Source: Carcharhinus longimanus (lineage: Eukaryota). From it: 64,000 bases of DNA. The first letter of the stretch is position 1, and every line of letters starts with the position of its first letter. The notes beneath the pieces are model-generated. The model made no database searches. It was not told the DNA's origin and saw only the letters and a list, made by a program, of their open reading frames with translations. Of this stretch, positions 49,245 through 63,492 are shown piece after piece. Made by a program: the position numbers and the translations under genes. The stretch covers positions 66,694,234 to 66,758,233 of the forward strand of contig JASCQW010000099.1 in the NCBI GenBank assembly GCA_030264375.1, in the 5' to 3' direction.

Positions 49245-50370
49245 GAAGAAAATTACTGTGAACGCTGGAAATCTGAAATAAGAACATAAAATGCTAGTTC
49301 TCAGCAGACTTTGCAGCAATGAAATTAGCATTGAGTCACATATGATTGTTCTTCAGAACTGAAGGTAGATATGTGGCGGATTTTATGCTGCTGAAAGGGG
49401 GAAGATGAACAAAAGAGAAAGCCTGGGATAGGGTAGGAACGGGAAAGATTAAATGTCAAAGATGTCATGGAACAAAAGACAAAGCGTGTAGTAACAATTG
49501 TTGTAAAGAAACAAAGCATTTGTGCAGAATGAGCACAAGTGGCAGAATAATGCACAATTCTGTCTGAAAGTAAAACAATGAAAAATTGGATCAAGAGTGG
49601 CACATGGCAAAAATACAGAATCAAAACGGGGGAGAGTTCATATTCTTAAATTGTTGAGTCCAACAAAGCTGTAAAGTCCATAATTGGATATAAAGAGTCC
49701 AACATATGAAATGGAAAAAAGTAAAAGCAAATCAGCTCTAAAGAAGAGTTATACAAACTCCAAATATTGATTCAGTTTCTCTCTCCACAGATATTGCCAA
49801 ACCTACTCAGTTTTTCCAGCATTTTCTGTTCCTATTTCAAGTAAATCAATGCTCCATGTGGGAGGAATGTTTGGGGCCTTGAACAGAGAGGATAGAGGAG
49901 GCAGGGCAGGTGTTACACCTCCTGCGATTGCATGAAAAGGTACATGAGAAAGATGAGTACTACAGTGATTCAGGATTGAACCAGGAAAGGAAATAGTCCA
50001 TTCAAAATACTAGCAGGGGAGGGGACATTGAACGGAGATGGTGATGGAAATAGCCACGGATGATACTTTGAACATGGAGGCCGATGAGGTGGAAAGTGAG
50101 GACAAGGGAGACTCTAATGCGGTTCCCAGGAGGAAGGGAAAAGGGATGAAAGCAGTAATGTGGGAAATGGGTTGCACATGGTCGGGGACTGTTAACCACT
50201 GTGGGAGGGAAACCTCGGTTGAGGACAAATAAAACACATCAGAAGATTTTCATACCAGAGCAGATGTGATGGAGAGGAAAGAACTGGAACATTGGAATGG
50301 AGTCTTTACAGGAGCCTGGATGTGAGGAATTGGGACAGCTATGGGAGTCAGAGGGCTCACAATGAATATT
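49245..50370 (-). mobile_element. Penelope-like retroelement 3' part (RT thumb/linker remnants plus terminal repeats)
   Basis: PSDSHS...SSHPGSCKDSIP..QF..LHHICS and SLVLTFH..LHVQSII..YFHH resemble PLE KPTDSH...HP..CK.SIP.SQ.LR.RRICS and PLVLTYHP motifs; terminal-repeat copies at 49250-49360 (-) and 49735-49840 (+). Confidence 0.72.
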
Positions 50371-51479
50371 ACAAAGAACAAAGAACAACCCAGCACGGGA
50401 AACAGGCCCTTCGGCCCAACAAGCCCGCGCCGCCACATCACCCNNNNNNNNNNNNNNNNNNNNNNNNNNNNNNNNNNNNNNNNNNNNNNNNNNNNNNNNN
50501 NNNNNNNNNNNNNNNNNNNNNNNNNNNNNNNNNNNNNNNNNNNNNNNNNNNNNNNNNNNNNNNNNNNNNNNNNNNNNNNNNNNNNNNNNNNNNNNNNNNN
50601 NNNNNNNNNNNNNNNNNNNNNNNNNNNNNNNNNNNNNNNNNNNNNNNNNNNNNNNNNNNNNNNNNNNNNNNNNNNNNNNNNNNNNNNNNNNNNNNNNNNN
50701 NNNNNNNNNNNNNNNNNNNNNNNNNNNNNNNNNNNNNNNNNNNNNNNNNNNNNNNNNNNNNNNNNNNNNNNNNNNNNNNNNNNNNNNNNNNNNNNNNNNN
50801 NNNNNNNNNNNNNNNNNNNNNNNNNNNNNNNNNNNNNNNNNNNNNNNNNNNNNNNNNNNNNNNNNNNNNNNNNNNNNNNNNNNNNNNNNNNNNNNNNNNN
50901 NNNNNNNNNNNNNNNNNNNNNNNNNNNNNNNNNNNNNNNNNNNNNNNNNNNNNNNNNNNNNNNNNNNNNNNNNNNNNNNNNNNNNNNTCATGCCTTCACA
51001 TTTCTTCGATCCCACCCTCAAATTTATTTCCAAAGTAATGATTACAAGTCCCAGCAAATTCCCTGTCTCAGCTAAAGGATTAGGTGCAAGATTCCACGTC
51101 GAATTTTGAGATAGGAGATAAACAAAACAACAATCACCCAAGTTATTAGATCACACATTTAAGAGCAGTTGTTTGAGAAGAGGCATTAGGAAAGGGCAGA
51201 AGGGGTTGCTTACTTTTTTTCAGCTAAAGCTTGAGTCATAGATTTTTAAAAATTAATAAATGTTCTGTCAAAATGATTTGAATGCCATCATAACTTCTCT
51301 AAATCTTGTTTGGAAACAAAAGTGAATGGATGAACGCTTGAAAGAAATTTCATCTTGTGCAAGTTTGTTTCATCTGCTCCACAGTAATGAATGCAGAACA
51401 AACACACAATGCTGATACGTTCCATCATTGGTGCATCTCAACAGTTCAAATAGCAAAAATGAATAAACACTGACGTTAC

Positions 51480-51644
51480 CTTGACCTGTATTGGATACTA
51501 TTGCTCCCCTGGCTAGGTTTGAGGTACCGATACTCAAGGAAGCTGTTGCTGCAGGCTGACGAACAGGAACACCAATACTCAATTCATTCCTTTCGGGAAC
51601 AGCCTGAGGTGGCGTCTGCAATTGCGCCTGCGTCCCAATGCCAG
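51480..51644 (-). CDS. TP53BP2: ASPP2 exon (165 nt), divergent low-complexity linker
   Basis: ttttttttattcttag|CT GGC ATT...CAA G|gtaacg; open frame, phase 1-1 fits both neighbours. Confidence 0.8.
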
Positions 51645-52863
51645 CTAAGAATAAAAAAAATGTAACTGCTATAAATGTTTTGAGAACAGAGGTTGTCACT
51701 GTTGCTGAAAACTTGCTTCACTGGAATTTTGGGTGGCTGTAACCTTTAAAAGGACAATAATACCTTCTGTTAGCTGTCCCGGGCCTATTTAATTTGCAAT
51801 TCACAGCTACTCACATAAGCACACACTTGAAGACTTTGTGGAAACGCCCCATTATGCAAATGTCCCAATAACAAAGTACACAGTCGTTGTTAACATTTTA
51901 TAAATTTTACACAACAGTCTAGGGGCAATTCATCTCCCTTCGCAGCTGCAGGGTGGTGGCTGATAGGCAGAGATCTGAGAGGAGCATAATCACTGGGTGA
52001 ATATCCGAAATCAAAAAAAAAAAATTTTCACTTATAGACATTCAATTCAAAGGGAAGAATACGATCATCTTGCTTCAGCACTCAAAGACTTGGTTAATTG
52101 AACAAAAAACAAACATCTTACAAATCAGCTTGAAGACCAGAAAGAAGGACATATTAAATAATATGAATAGTTTAAACTTCCAAAGAAAGCAAATCTTACT
52201 TTTTTTTTACATTGCTGCACTGTTGAATCAAAAAGGAACGAATGAGATTAATGACCTTTAGTACATGCAAGCACACAATAATCTTTTTATATTCATCGTC
52301 GACCCACCCCTCCTCCATGCATTCTAAACAATTACCCGCTATTGTGACGAGGAGATTAATGACTATTGGGAGCTTTTTAGCATTCTGTTCAAATGGACAT
52401 TAGCAAGACCTAAATAGGCAATGCTGACTATCCAGTGACCTGAAATTTGTACCACCCCTTTCAAAGCTGTATGTCACTTGCAGCCAAGAACATTTGCAAT
52501 TAACAACACAACATTTAAAAGATTCATTGGCCAAGTGAATGCACACTTATTTTCATTCCATTGGTAGGACTGCAGTCACACTTTGCTAAATTGCAGACCT
52601 TCAAAAAATTCTCACAGTGAAGAGATCCAATGATTTGCTTTTTTTTAAAAAGGGAAAAAGATGGTGATTGGAGAAGAGTGCTTTTGCTTTAAATTTTTAG
52701 TAACAAATAGAAGCAAAACTATCCCTAGTACATACGACAGGAGATTAATTAAGCCTATGTATAGAGGGAAGTGATAGTGTTAATTAATTTGGGATTTAGC
52801 ACATTAAGAGAGATGGAAATATTTAATTGAATACTCCAGCGTTACATTTTTTAAAAAATATTT

Positions 52864-53187
52864 TGGCATGGTGGCATAGCGATTAGTACTGCTGCCTCTT
52901 GGCATCAGGGACCTGGATTCAATTCTTGCTTTGGGTCATTGTTTGTGTAGAGTTGGCATTTTCTCCCCATGTCTGCGTGGGTTTCCTTCAGGTGCCCTGG
53001 TTTCCTCCCACCGTCCAAAGATGTGCGGGTTAGGTTGATTGGGCAAGCTTATATATCCATAGTGTCAAGGGTTTAGCAGGGCAAATGTGAGGGGTTACAG
53101 GAATGGAGCCTGGGTGAGATTGTGGTCGTGTGCACTCAATGGGCTGAATGGCTACCTTCTGCACTGTAGGGATTCCGTGATTCTATT
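52864..53187 (+). mobile_element. HE1-like V-SINE (tail type A), full length
   Basis: ggcatggtggcatagcgattag...gcactgtagggattccgtgattcta. Confidence 0.85.
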
Positions 53188-54748
53188 GTTTTTCTATGGT
53201 AGGTTATTTGCACAAAGGTAGTTAACTAACTATCCATGGTCACAATGCTGATTGGGATATTCAAGCCTCTGAGTTTCAGTTAATAACACACATTCACTTT
53301 ATATAAGCAAAATAAACTTAAGTGAACGATGCAGGTCAACAAACTGACTAAGTGTGCCAACATGTTACTGCCACTAAAATACCGATTTGTACTTGCAATT
53401 TTTGTAAATTTATGTACCTAGCCACATTAAGGTAGAGGCTCAGTTAAAAAAAGCAAAGTGGGGGAAAGAAAATGGAGGAAAAGCATTCTCTGTCATGCTA
53501 ACACAGTAATTAAACTAAAAGCACCACTGGCAGATGCCACTAATTCCTTATTGCCATCCTTTTTAGTAATGAAACAGCATCGAAACAGGCACATGAAGCA
53601 GAATGCCCAATGAAATACAATTCCATACTATGCATCATGATACGCCATTGATAGCCTACCCTGACATTTCCTGGCAATGACAAAGTGATCAGAAAGTCAT
53701 ATATTAAATATCCCTGTGTACAAAATGCCCAAAAAGATAGGAACTGAAGGAAAGCGGGAAGAACGGTGGTATTGTTTAAAGGGGAACATTACAGTGCTGG
53801 AGAAAGAGGATGTCCCAGAGGGTACAAGAAGTGGATCAATTTTGGGATGATGATTGGCGAGGGCGAGGACCACCCGAGTGAGGTTTGTAAGTCCCACCTC
53901 CTTCCAATTCATGCTCCTTTGGCTGCAGGGCAGCCAGAATCAATGGCAATGGGTTTTCCAACGGTTGTTTGGATGGTGGGCCAGGAAACTCTGTCACCCA
54001 AAAAAATCCTGGCCAAGGAACCTTGGACCATATAACTGCCAGTCATTGGATAAACTTGCTGAACCATTTAGGGAACTTTTCCATTAGGAATTTTAAGGAA
54101 GAACATGTTCTAATTTAGTAGGGAGTAAAAACAACCTATATGCTCTAATCCGATAATTCCTAGTTTTATGAGAGAGGGGGAAATGGAAATAGTCCTTAAA
54201 TATACAAAACGTACAATGCGGTATATAGGAAGAAGCTTTGACTAACTTTGTCAAACATAAAAGCGTTAAATCCTTTTTCAAGAAGCTTTTGTTTGCAGTA
54301 TTTCATAATCATCTAAATCAAAAGGTAACAAAACATAAGAAATACCTTAAATTCTTCATATACATCAATGAGATTCCTTCGTAAAAAGGAAACCCCAAAG
54401 CTGTAACTGGTTAGAAAGATGGGTAACATAATCACCAATGGTATGTAGCTGAAGTGTAGGATAGTCTTTGAAGCTTGAAGAAAAGCTTTTTTTTAAATAA
54501 AGAGAGCGAATCAAACTATGCCATATCTTTCTGGGAGTAAGAAATAGAGGGAAAAAAATGCTTATTGGTGACCTGACCTACTTCATGAGCACAAAGAGGA
54601 ATGGCATTGAATACACAGATTTAATTGGATCAGCTAACCTAATATAAAGCTACAATTTACAAATTCTTAACCATCTGTATAATACTAAACCCTCAATTTC
54701 TTTCCTCGTCTTAACACCACATCAAAAGCAACAGATCCGTTTGCTTAC

Positions 54749-54983
54749 CGCCAGGAGTTTTGACAGGGGAAACGCCAGATTTCATAGGAGTCTGAGTGTT
54801 CACTGTGTGCATTTGTACATTCGGTAGAGTAGATGATCCATTAGGAAAGGCTGGCTTTACCAAGAGTTCAAGTTTCTGTGGGACACGAGGTAAGGTGGAT
54901 GACTGGATATATGGTCCGACTGCAGCCACACGGCTAGGTGCAGATGATACCACTTGTTGGGGAATATTCTTGTCAGATGAAAC
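54749..54983 (-). CDS. TP53BP2: ASPP2 exon (235 nt)
   Basis: VSSDKNIPQQVVSSAPSRVAAVGPYIQSSTLPRVPQKLELLVKPAFPNGS...; phase 0-1. Confidence 0.94.
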
Positions 54984-57900
54984 CTACATATAAAATTCAG
55001 TTAATCAACATCCTTTTATTCTAAAGTAACTAAGTATTTAAGCTTAGCCCACTATATATCCTACCTAACCAAACCATTAGCCCTTTGTGATGTTTTAGTC
55101 AACCAATAAACTTCAGTTTCCCTAAATTGTAAAACTAAGTTTTCTTTCAATCAGTGAAATTAAAATTCTTGTTTCAGCTTGAAACTAAGCAAGTTTGCAG
55201 ACTGAAGGTTTTGTATGTCCATTATAGATAGAAAACGTAACGATCAGATGCTATATAATGGTTGAAACAATCCCTTCACCGGGTAGGCAAATTAAAATGC
55301 CTTTTAAGAGCTAAAACTACCCTCACAGTGAGGACCATGTGAGTCACAAAAAATGGATTCAAGGACAAATACAATTATCCAAAACGGAGTTAAACTCTTC
55401 ACAACTTTAGCTACTTTGTCAACCTTACTGTTAAATTTTATCATATATTCTCTGAATCAATTTCTTCATATTATCTACAACACTTGCCAATCAGGCATTA
55501 GTAAAACAAATCATGTTTAGATTTGTGATATCAGCGTGATGAATAAATGTGCATCCACTTCTGTAAAATTTTGGAACCATTTTAAAACCATAAGAATGGC
55601 ATAAAATTATACCTAAAATTAGAAGAGTTTAGATGCTTTTATAACACTGTATGGCTGCTTCCCCAGTAGTTCAACAGGCTTAACCATATAGAGCAATGAA
55701 GTTCCAGTTTCAATCACTGGTCGGCACTAAGCTAACCTGTCTCAGCCAGAGAAGCATTAGGGTCGCTAAACTGGCACCACTGACTAAAGTTGGTTGAGAA
55801 CGTTTGTCCAGTTACTTTAGCAGAATTAATCAGGTCATTGATAAATTAGACCTTGATGACAGTCTTTCAATTATACTCTATAGCTTCTAATCAAGTACAC
55901 AAAGTCCTGGTTTATTCTGATTCATTTCATTTGCTTTGTGAACTTCAAATTTTTCAACCACTACGCTAACGCCAGACATGAGGTAAAAAATGTTAGAGTA
56001 AAAAACTGTAATATTAATCAACATTGGAGTCTTGCTCTCGCAGGAGCAAGCACTTCCAGGTCAGAAATAGCAAAATAGAATTTCCCAAATCTACCACAAT
56101 AGGTACTTATTGTACCTATTGCGTTTCTCATCTCAGCCATCCACGTCTACATACAATTGACAACTTCAACAACAATAGCTGTAAAGGATGACAACTGAGA
56201 AAATTCAGGTAAAAAGTATAAAAGGTTTTTTCTTCAAGTAGTACAAGATGAGTACAAAATGCTGTATCTGCTGACAATACTTTGCCTTATAGATTATTCT
56301 TTATTCCAGCATAAAAGGCAAAGTATTTTTAACTAACATTGTTGTTGCTCAAGTGAAGTTAGTAACAATTACACAGTGCTCAAAACAAACTGTGACTGAT
56401 GCATTATTTTGGAATTATATATAATTCCAAGAAAGCTGCGTGAAAGGGGAATAGCCTTTTCCTTTTTTTCCTGAATTTTTCTACTTCTTTCACTCACCAA
56501 TACCCATGTGTAAAATAAAAGCTCTGTTGGACAATGGAGTGGGAGAAAAAGTCTGGAAACAATAGCATTAGCATTATTGGCAGAGGTATCACAGCTTGTG
56601 CTTAAATAAAACTCCAAGGACACAGCTCGTCTGGTTATAAGAAGCTGTCCACCAAACAGGAAAACACAGAATAGGTGAATAATTATTGAAATGAACTGGT
56701 AACTATCTAGCACAAAGAAAACAGAATACTGAGGTACACTAAAGCAGCAGGAAGTGACTAATGTGAAACTGCAAGCAGCAGTGCTAGGAATTATGTCATT
56801 CATGTTCTGTATCAATGGGAATAGAGTTAAGATTGTGAATGCATGCTGATGACACCAAGATAAATAGGGATTGTAGATAATCAGTAGCAGATTGTTCAAT
56901 AACAGGTCAAAGACTTCTGATTATTGGATTATAGCAGAATAAACCATGACTGTCAAATAAATGGTGTTAACCCAATGGATCCACTGCGATTATTTGAATA
57001 AAGGCAGGGAAATCGCTTAGTCTGGTTGGTTCAGTGCAAGTAAGAATCTTATGGAGGGGTATGCATGATCCTTGTCGGTACTGACTGACCAGTTGAAGTC
57101 CAAAGAAATCCTATCAAGTTCCCAAAGACAACAAAAGGGGTGTGAGAAAAAACTCATAAATAAAGGTGAATAGGCAGACCAGATATAACTACTTCACAGA
57201 GGAAGTGGTTAATATTTGGCATGGAGGCCAATCAAGATGGATAACCTCAAAAGTTGAAAAATTGTATTCAAGTAGCATTGGCGAGAATGATAAGTAGTGA
57301 ACTGTTTTCAGTTTTCAAATTCTGAGGCTGCCAGTGGCCCAAAATGGTCTTTTATAAATCTATATTTTCCTATGGTATCAATAACATTCACACTTAAAAC
57401 TGCAATAGAAGATGAAAGGCCTTTCTAAAAATTAAAAACAATTAACCACTAGAAGATTCATTCGTACAAAAAAGTCCTAATTTCCTTATATCCCTGCAGT
57501 ATACTTTGAAATAGGTGTGTGAGTGAGAGAGAGGTAAGTGTACTTAAACTGAAAATAGTTAGACAGCAAGATTAAATGCACCAAAAGGGAGTAGATGTGA
57601 AAGTTGTAGTGGAGGTCAGTAGAACTAAAATGGAATTACCAGCAAGCAATGTGAACAGGTATTTGGACAGGGTTAGCTTGAAAGTTGAAAGAGCAGTTAA
57701 AAAATAATTTAAGATAGGAAAGAAATGGCAAGGCAAAGAAAAAGGAGGCAGGATGTTGCAATAACCACACTAAATTTCGAAGCACCAAGTATTTTAAGAA
57801 TTTCCAATTGTTGTCCAGTTTAAAAGAACAACAATTTTTATTCCTTGTGCAGAATTTAATGATCCTTGCTTGGTGGCTTTGCTGGCTAGGGCCCATAAAA

Positions 57901-58319
57901 TTCCCTGGTTGGCCTTCCTGCCACCCTCCCCCCAACCCTGATCTGCGTACAATTTTATGGAGGTTGGGTGAGGGCCAATGCAACTCACCCTGACTGAAGT
58001 CCCTACGTAGCAAACTATTGCCCACTTAAGGACTGCTTCTGGCCCAGCCTCAATTTTGAAACTTGCAAAATAGTTTTGGGGGGAGATGGGGATTCTGATG
58101 CTTAGAAACTAGAGACTGCTTACAGTCAGTTCTGGCCCTGGTTGCTGCTGGGACTATAGAACTGCCAACCAGATTGGTTGTTCAGTCGGAGCATTAAACG
58201 GCAATAGGGTCCACTGACTGACTGATCCAAAAAATCTTGCCCCTTGTATTAAAAATCCTTTGCTACGCAACATTTTATGCTGATAGTAATTTTTCATCCT
58301 AATGCAGTCCTAAACTTAC

Positions 58320-58484
58320 CGGCACATTTTCTTTTTGTTGTAAGGCTGCCTTTTTTTTCCACAAGCGTTCACGCAGATCCCCAATACGTCTGTCCATTGA
58401 TGCTACTTCAGAATTGCGCTTATTTAGGGACTCCCTTTGATGTTGAAGTTTTGCATTCTGCTCCTGGTTCAGTTTATTCCTTAC
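58320..58484 (-). CDS. TP53BP2: ASPP2 coiled-coil exon (165 nt)
   Basis: [55 protein letters not shown]. Confidence 0.95.
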
Positions 58485-59370
58485 CTGATTGTGAAACATA
58501 GAAATAAGCAATTCTTACTTTAGAACTTAAAAAAATAGATACAATGAATTTTAATTCATTTTAATAGTGTAGAAATCTAAATTTGACTAATGTTATCACT
58601 GCATTCAGCAAAAACGTTATGGAACTTCAAAACTGCTGTCCTTTGTTGAAATCTACGTGTTAAATTTTTAACACAAATACAGTATAGTAACAAACTAGCT
58701 GGTTCCATGTGGCAATGCACATGGGGAGACCAAACCAAGGGTCATGCAGAGCAAGAGTTATTAGTGGATCAGGAAGTGGAGGAAGGCGGCAATCTTTGTA
58801 CCTCTACTCCAAAATTCAACTTAGCAAGAGAAGCAGAACAGATTTTCCATCATCAACTTCAGGTTAGCTAGAAACTCGGCCTTTCCACTACTGATTAATT
58901 AATTACCAATTGATCAGTGGAGCAGAGATGATTTCCCATCAACAGCCACGCACTGCACTCATTCAGGCCAGGTGGGGCAGAAAAGAGGGAATGAATTAGC
59001 AAATAGAGTTTTTCAGGGAATTGATAGAAAGGCAGTGCAATTAGCAAAATCAGGAACGAGGATGAAGCAGAAATTGACCTCAGAAAAACAGCAAAAGGTG
59101 AAAAAATATTAACTGGAAAAGACAAAGAAAGGCTAATCAAGAAAGCAATCGCAAAAAAGGCTCTACAGCCAACAAAGTTGATCAGGCAGCCCTACAAATT
59201 CTGTATCCTTCCTATCAATGAAGGTGTAGTTCAGGGTCAATATTGCGGGGCTGTCGGCTAACATTCAGTGATGCTCCATTACATTCAATTAATCACCAAA
59301 TAGTATGCTAACATTGCCCAGCACATACCTGTGCCGTAGATTTGGAGCCTTGACATACTATACTAATTAC

Positions 59371-59552
59371 CTGCAGCTCTTTGTAGAGTCGATCAAGTTC
59401 AGCTACAGCTGATTGGTTGTCATGGTAACCGTCAATCTTTCCACTTTTCAACATGTCTAGTTGTCTGCTTAACTCCTCCACCTTTGCAACAGCAATCACC
59501 AACTCTCTTTGCTTCTGTTGGAAGAGACTGTTCATCTGTTCGATCTCCTCAA
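59371..59552 (-). CDS. TP53BP2: ASPP2 coiled-coil exon (182 nt); upstream exons lie outside the window
   Basis: EEIEQMNSLFQQKQRELVIAVAKVEELSRQLDMLKSGKIDGYHDNQSAVAELDRLYKELQ. Confidence 0.95.
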
Positions 59553-59804
59553 CTGCAAGAATAAAATTTCAAATATTGAGCACCAAAATCGTTTAGCATT
59601 TTTCGGAACAAAATTTTAAACACTGAACTGGATACATCCCTTCAGACGTATTAAGCAACAACAGTACTGCTTGCAAATGTATCTTATTTGAATACCGAAA
59701 ACCAATTGGCTCACAAATGAACTTCACTGTCAAAATAAACAAAAGGTAGTTGTGGCCATCTTGATGAGGTCATAATGAGTGTGATATTAAACTGAATTCA
59801 ACCA

Positions 59805-59949
59805 GAGTTGTTTAGGAGGTTAGAGGAGGAAGAGAAGTAACTTCCCCAGAAGGAGGGGAAGGGCAGAGCAGAGATTGAGTTGTTTAGGAGGATACAGGAA
59901 GAGGGGTAAGTAACTTCCCCAGAGGGAGGGGAAGGGTGAGGCGGAGATT
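59805..59949. repeat. Diverged 72-bp tandem duplication
   Basis: gagttgtttaggagg...aagtaacttccccaga.ggaggggaaggg...gagatt starts at 59805 and 59877. Confidence 0.85.
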
Positions 59950-62419
59950 CTGAGAAAAAGACTTAAATACCAAACAAGACAATCACAATTTTTTGCAACC
60001 TTAGCAAACAGAACTGCAAACTTCTCTAAGTAGTGGAAGCAGATTCAATAGTAACCTTCAAATCGGAGCAAGATAAATATTCGATGAGGAAAATGTTGTA
60101 GGATTATGGAAAAATCAGGCATGAGACGAGTGAGATGTTCTTTCAAAGAGCTGGCACTGATACAAGGGGCTACCTGGTCTCCTTCTGTGATTTTTGAAGC
60201 CAGAGCTATTCTGAACCCACATTCAAGAGGATGTAGCATAAATGGTGATTGATGAATTGAAAATTAAATCAGAAATGGTTAACAATGTACTGGATTAAAT
60301 ATGAACTTTGTAGACAAATTGTAAAACAAGAAAACCTGTGGACAGTATCCAATCATTTAATGCTTTGCCTCACTTTAACAAGAATTCACAAGCTATGTTC
60401 TTCATGCTATTACAATTATAAAACTCTGTGACATAAAATATAGGAGTGTAATTCTGGAAGTAATAAATAGACCTTGAACTATTCCTTGAAATTGTATAAT
60501 TTTTACTTCATGTATTTCAAATGAAAGTACAGCTTAGTTACTAATTTGCAGGCCAGTTTTATAAAAAATAAATTGAGGTATGCTACACTATTGTTCCTGT
60601 TCTTTACTGCATACAACCAGACACTTGATCTTTTCTGCCACTTTTTTCTATTAACATTTGCCATACATTATTCAGAACCATTTCTCCACAGCAGTCCAAT
60701 AGCTTCAATTGTCAATGGCAACTGGAATTAACCCAATTCTGACCACCTGATGCTAAAATGATAATAAAATACTCTAGCAGATATGCTACAAAATTATACT
60801 AAAGAAATGCGGAATTATCAAGACCCCTAAATTAAATTGCATTTCTTTTCCAGCTATCTACAACATCACTTTCTGCAAAATTGTTCTTTCCTTGCCTTGA
60901 GTATGTAAATAATTAGTTGTGGAACAAAGCAAGAAAGGATACGAATTACAGTGTCCTTGATTAATTGAAGTTTCAAGGTTGCACGTTACTGAAAAAAAGT
61001 GTTGGAGAAATCTATGATTAAAATGATGGAGTCATCAATTAGGGTTTGAAAGTGATGCACAATTAAGCAATGTTCCAGATAGAAAATAAAGCAGTGTTGG
61101 AGATACAGGTTGAGAAGCTTGGCTCAAAGTTGAAAAATGCCCACACTGAGGACTATTGGATTTAGCCCAAGGAGGCAAATGATATTGATGGAATTGAGCA
61201 AGAGGTATGCAGGGTCTAGAAAAGTTTTTTTTTTCTTGTCAATTTTGTGAAAGGAAATGTTGACTCATTTAGGATTTGATGCCAAGGAGGCAACAAGAGA
61301 GAATAGCAAGAGTCTTGGATTTGTTCGTGAAAAACAGTGGCACTGTTGGCTGCCATCAGAATGTCTGATTTCTTACTTGAGGTTGCTGTTACCAAGGTTG
61401 GACCAAGAATGGTGCCCCAGAAACTAGCGCTAGAATGCACAAAAACTGAAGGAAAACTCAGTTGAAGAGTTTCAGTAATTGTAATGGCACATGTCCCAGT
61501 GCCAACACTGATTTGATGGAAATGGACCAGAGCAAAACACTGGTGAAGGAAGGTAAGCATGTAGTTGAAAAACAACTATATACTTAAGGACATGAAGGAT
61601 AAGTTGGAGATGGTGTAAAAGTTGAAAAGATAAATAGAAGGGTCAAGACTGTGTTTTTAGAATATGAATTAAGTCAGGGTGGAATATTGAACGGGCAGAT
61701 CATGTACTACAAAATAGAGACAGTTTGTAGTACACCAAGCACCTCAATTTATTTTGGTGGTGACAGAACAATGATCTTCACATATTAGTATCAGAGATGA
61801 GGAAGGTTAGGGACTTTGGTATGTGATGCGTATGCCTGTTCTTGTTCTTCAGTATGATCTTGGAGGGGGTTACAGGAAGCTTCAGTTGTGATTAGTTCAG
61901 TGGACTCATGCCTTCATGACAAGTTGGAAAAATAAATAGACGAGCTTTGGAGGGATGTATGAGTAATCAGATTACCTAACCAACGAGCCCTTTGTTAAAT
62001 TCTACTCTTTCAAGACTTGACTGGGAATTAAGGATTGTTTCAATCCAATGATTTGATTTGGTACAGACAAAACATCACATTACAAAAAGACTTCCATGTT
62101 CCAAATTAGTTGATTGTTCCCAATAACCCCTTCCTATTGCAGATTCTATCACCTCTAGAGGGGAAAGGATACAGACTCTATCATGGAGTTGGTGATCAAG
62201 TAGTAATATATACTTTTAAAATACGTAAGCTGCCAGTACAATTTTGTTGACACTCCCCTGATCCAGATGCCAACACAGAATGCATGTCTTGAAATATCAG
62301 TCATGTTGCATTCCAACCTACTAACTAGATAATCAGATTGCTGGCTTCCAACTTAGGAATTAAGGTTTTTTGTGATCAACTTTGTCATATTATAAAGATT
62401 TCATCGTCAAGTCTGCTAG

Positions 62420-62812
62420 ACATGACCTGGGTTCGAATCCTGGCTTGGGTCACTGTCTGTGTGGAGTTTGCACATTCTCCTCATGTCTGTGTGGGTTTCC
62501 TCCGGGTGCTCTGGTTTCCTNNNNNNNNNNNNNNNNNNNNNNNNNNNNNNNNNNNNNNNNNNNNNNNNNNNNNNNNNNNNNNNNNNNNNNNNNNNNNNNN
62601 NNNNNNNNNNNNNNNNNNNNAGATGTGCGGGTTAGGTTGACTGGCCATGCTAAAATTGCCCCTTAGTGTCCTGGGATGTGTAGGTTAGAGGGATTAGTGG
62701 GAAAATGTGTAGGGATATGGGGGTAGGGCCTGGGTGGGACTGTTGTCAGTGCAGACTCAATAAGTCAAAGGGCCTGTTTCTGCACTGTAGGGTTTCTATG
62801 ATTCTATGATTT
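62420..62812 (+). mobile_element. HE1-like V-SINE spanning a gap
   Basis: B-box ggttcgaatcc, V-domain, tail ggtttctatgattctatgatt. Confidence 0.85.
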
Positions 62813-63492
62813 CTAATTGTTACCTGCATCATGGCCAGGAATGTAATCGCAGTAGCTGTGAGCACATTTCAAAACAAATTAAAAAATCATAAAAAATTGA
62901 ACCTTTTTCAAGAAAAGGCTTATAAAAATACTAAGGCTGGAATTCTCCAGCTGTTTATGCTAGGGAATTCTCTGGGCCTGCTGGCAGCACACCCCAGCCC
63001 GGGTTTCATGGCAGCAATGGAAATCCCATTGACAGTGGCAGGACCAGAAAATCTCATTACTAGCAAACAGCACTTTGCCATTCACTGCCAAGAAGCCCGT
63101 GGCTGGGAAGCCAGAGAATCTTGCTCCATATATATCCCAGCTCAAAAGTCAGACCTCATAAAACAACTTGTTAAATTCAACTGTAAGGAAATAGCAACGT
63201 ACTGTAGATGCTAGATATTAAACAAGAACAGAAAATATGGGATACACACAGTTCAGCTAACAACTATCAAGTATAAGTTATTCTTTTTAATAAGTTGGCT
63301 GATCCCCTGCATGCTTCCAGCATTTTGTTTCAACAAGCTAAAAGTTGCTTTTATATTGTGGTTACTTCAGCTTGAATTCCAGGAGCTGACCTTTGGTGTT
63401 TTCACTCCCTTGTCTAGATAGAAAACTTATAGATTGAAGGAAACAGATGCAGCATTATGAATGCCAGGAACTGGCAGCACAGAGATTAGCAT

